A stretch of DNA of 64,000 nt. Source: Proteromonas lacertae. Its lineage: Eukaryota. Below are positions 63,400-64,000 of the stretch, piece after piece (positions within the stretch are counted from its first letter, which is position 1; every line of letters starts with the position of its first letter). The notes beneath the pieces were generated by a model that saw only the letters and a list, made by a program, of their open reading frames with translations, had not been told where the DNA came from and did not search any database. The translations under genes and the position numbers were made by a program. Where the stretch lies: positions 1-64,000 of the forward strand of contig NGBS01000013.1 of the NCBI GenBank assembly GCA_002245135.1. Reading direction: 5' to 3'.

Positions 63400-64000
63400 A
63401 TTAGAGAACTGTTTTGATAATTCTATATTTTCTTCTTCTACAATTCCTGTTAGTTTCATTATTTCAATTGATTAAAACTCTTCTAAAAATGATTGTAATT
63501 CTGTTTTATCTATATTTTCTTTCACTGTTATTGACAAGTCATCTAAATTATCAAACAGGTTTTGGTTTTCTATCATCAATCTCAGCACTTCTTCATTTAA
63601 TTCATTTTCTGATAGATTCAACTTTCTCATTTTTTTTCTTTTCTTTTATTCATTCATTCTGTTTTTTATATCTTATACACTTTATTATTTCTATTCGATA
63701 AAAAACACTCACTTCTTTCATACTCTCTTTCAACACTTCACATACCTATTTCTAAATTATATTATGCTCATACATTCATGTCCATATTAACACTAGTTTT
63801 TAAATCATCAAAGATACTCTCAATTTCATTGTACATTTCTAATACACATTATTTGTATTGAGTGTATTATTTTGTATTGGATTATATATAAGTAAATAAA
63901 TGGATTTTGATGAAGAAAGTAATAATGATGATAATGTAGATGAAGAAATCGAAGATATGTTAATAAATGGTGAAAGAAGTGAAGAAGTAGTAAATGAAGA
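63400..64000 (-). CDS. Possible partial multi-exon gene running off the window end
   Basis: Codon-like minus-strand segments (KLNLSENELNEEVLRLMIENQNLFDNL) with intron-like breaks; structure unresolved. Confidence 0.25.

Overview
Very AT-rich eukaryotic DNA with many tiny (~26-35 nt) GT-AG introns. This is consistent with a gut stramenopile of the Blastocystis/Proteromonas type (inference). Housekeeping genes: AP-4 sigma, two divergently oriented ABCA transporters, two cGMP-dependent-kinase-like genes, a Qc-SNARE, UBA2, two Wee1 kinases, SSRP1, an NHL-repeat protein, tRNA-Ser(TGA) and tRNA-Val(AAC) genes. An accessory block at ~13.4-37.5 kb holds a Mutator-like transposon with ~1.26 kb TIRs, a kinase-Hsp70 fusion, an ATPase-domain-only Hsp70, an inverted pair of repeat surface proteins, a BTB-Ig-SPRY-like gene, a Cys-rich paralog family and a pseudokinase with one TPR per exon. 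The most notable feature is a ~7.2 kb non-LTR retrotransposon of the restriction-like-endonuclease (R2/NeSL/Utopia-like) type at ~52.1-59.3 kb. Its polyprotein carries a USP-type deubiquitinase domain, an RNase HI domain, two C2H2 fingers, RT, a CCHC knuckle and RLE. Its 3' junction falls in the anticodon loop of tRNA-Val(AAC), yet an intact tRNA-Val stands at its 5' end and ~0.9 kb of sequence is duplicated. All calls were made by eye; no searches were run. Some single-base frameshifts may be assembly errors.
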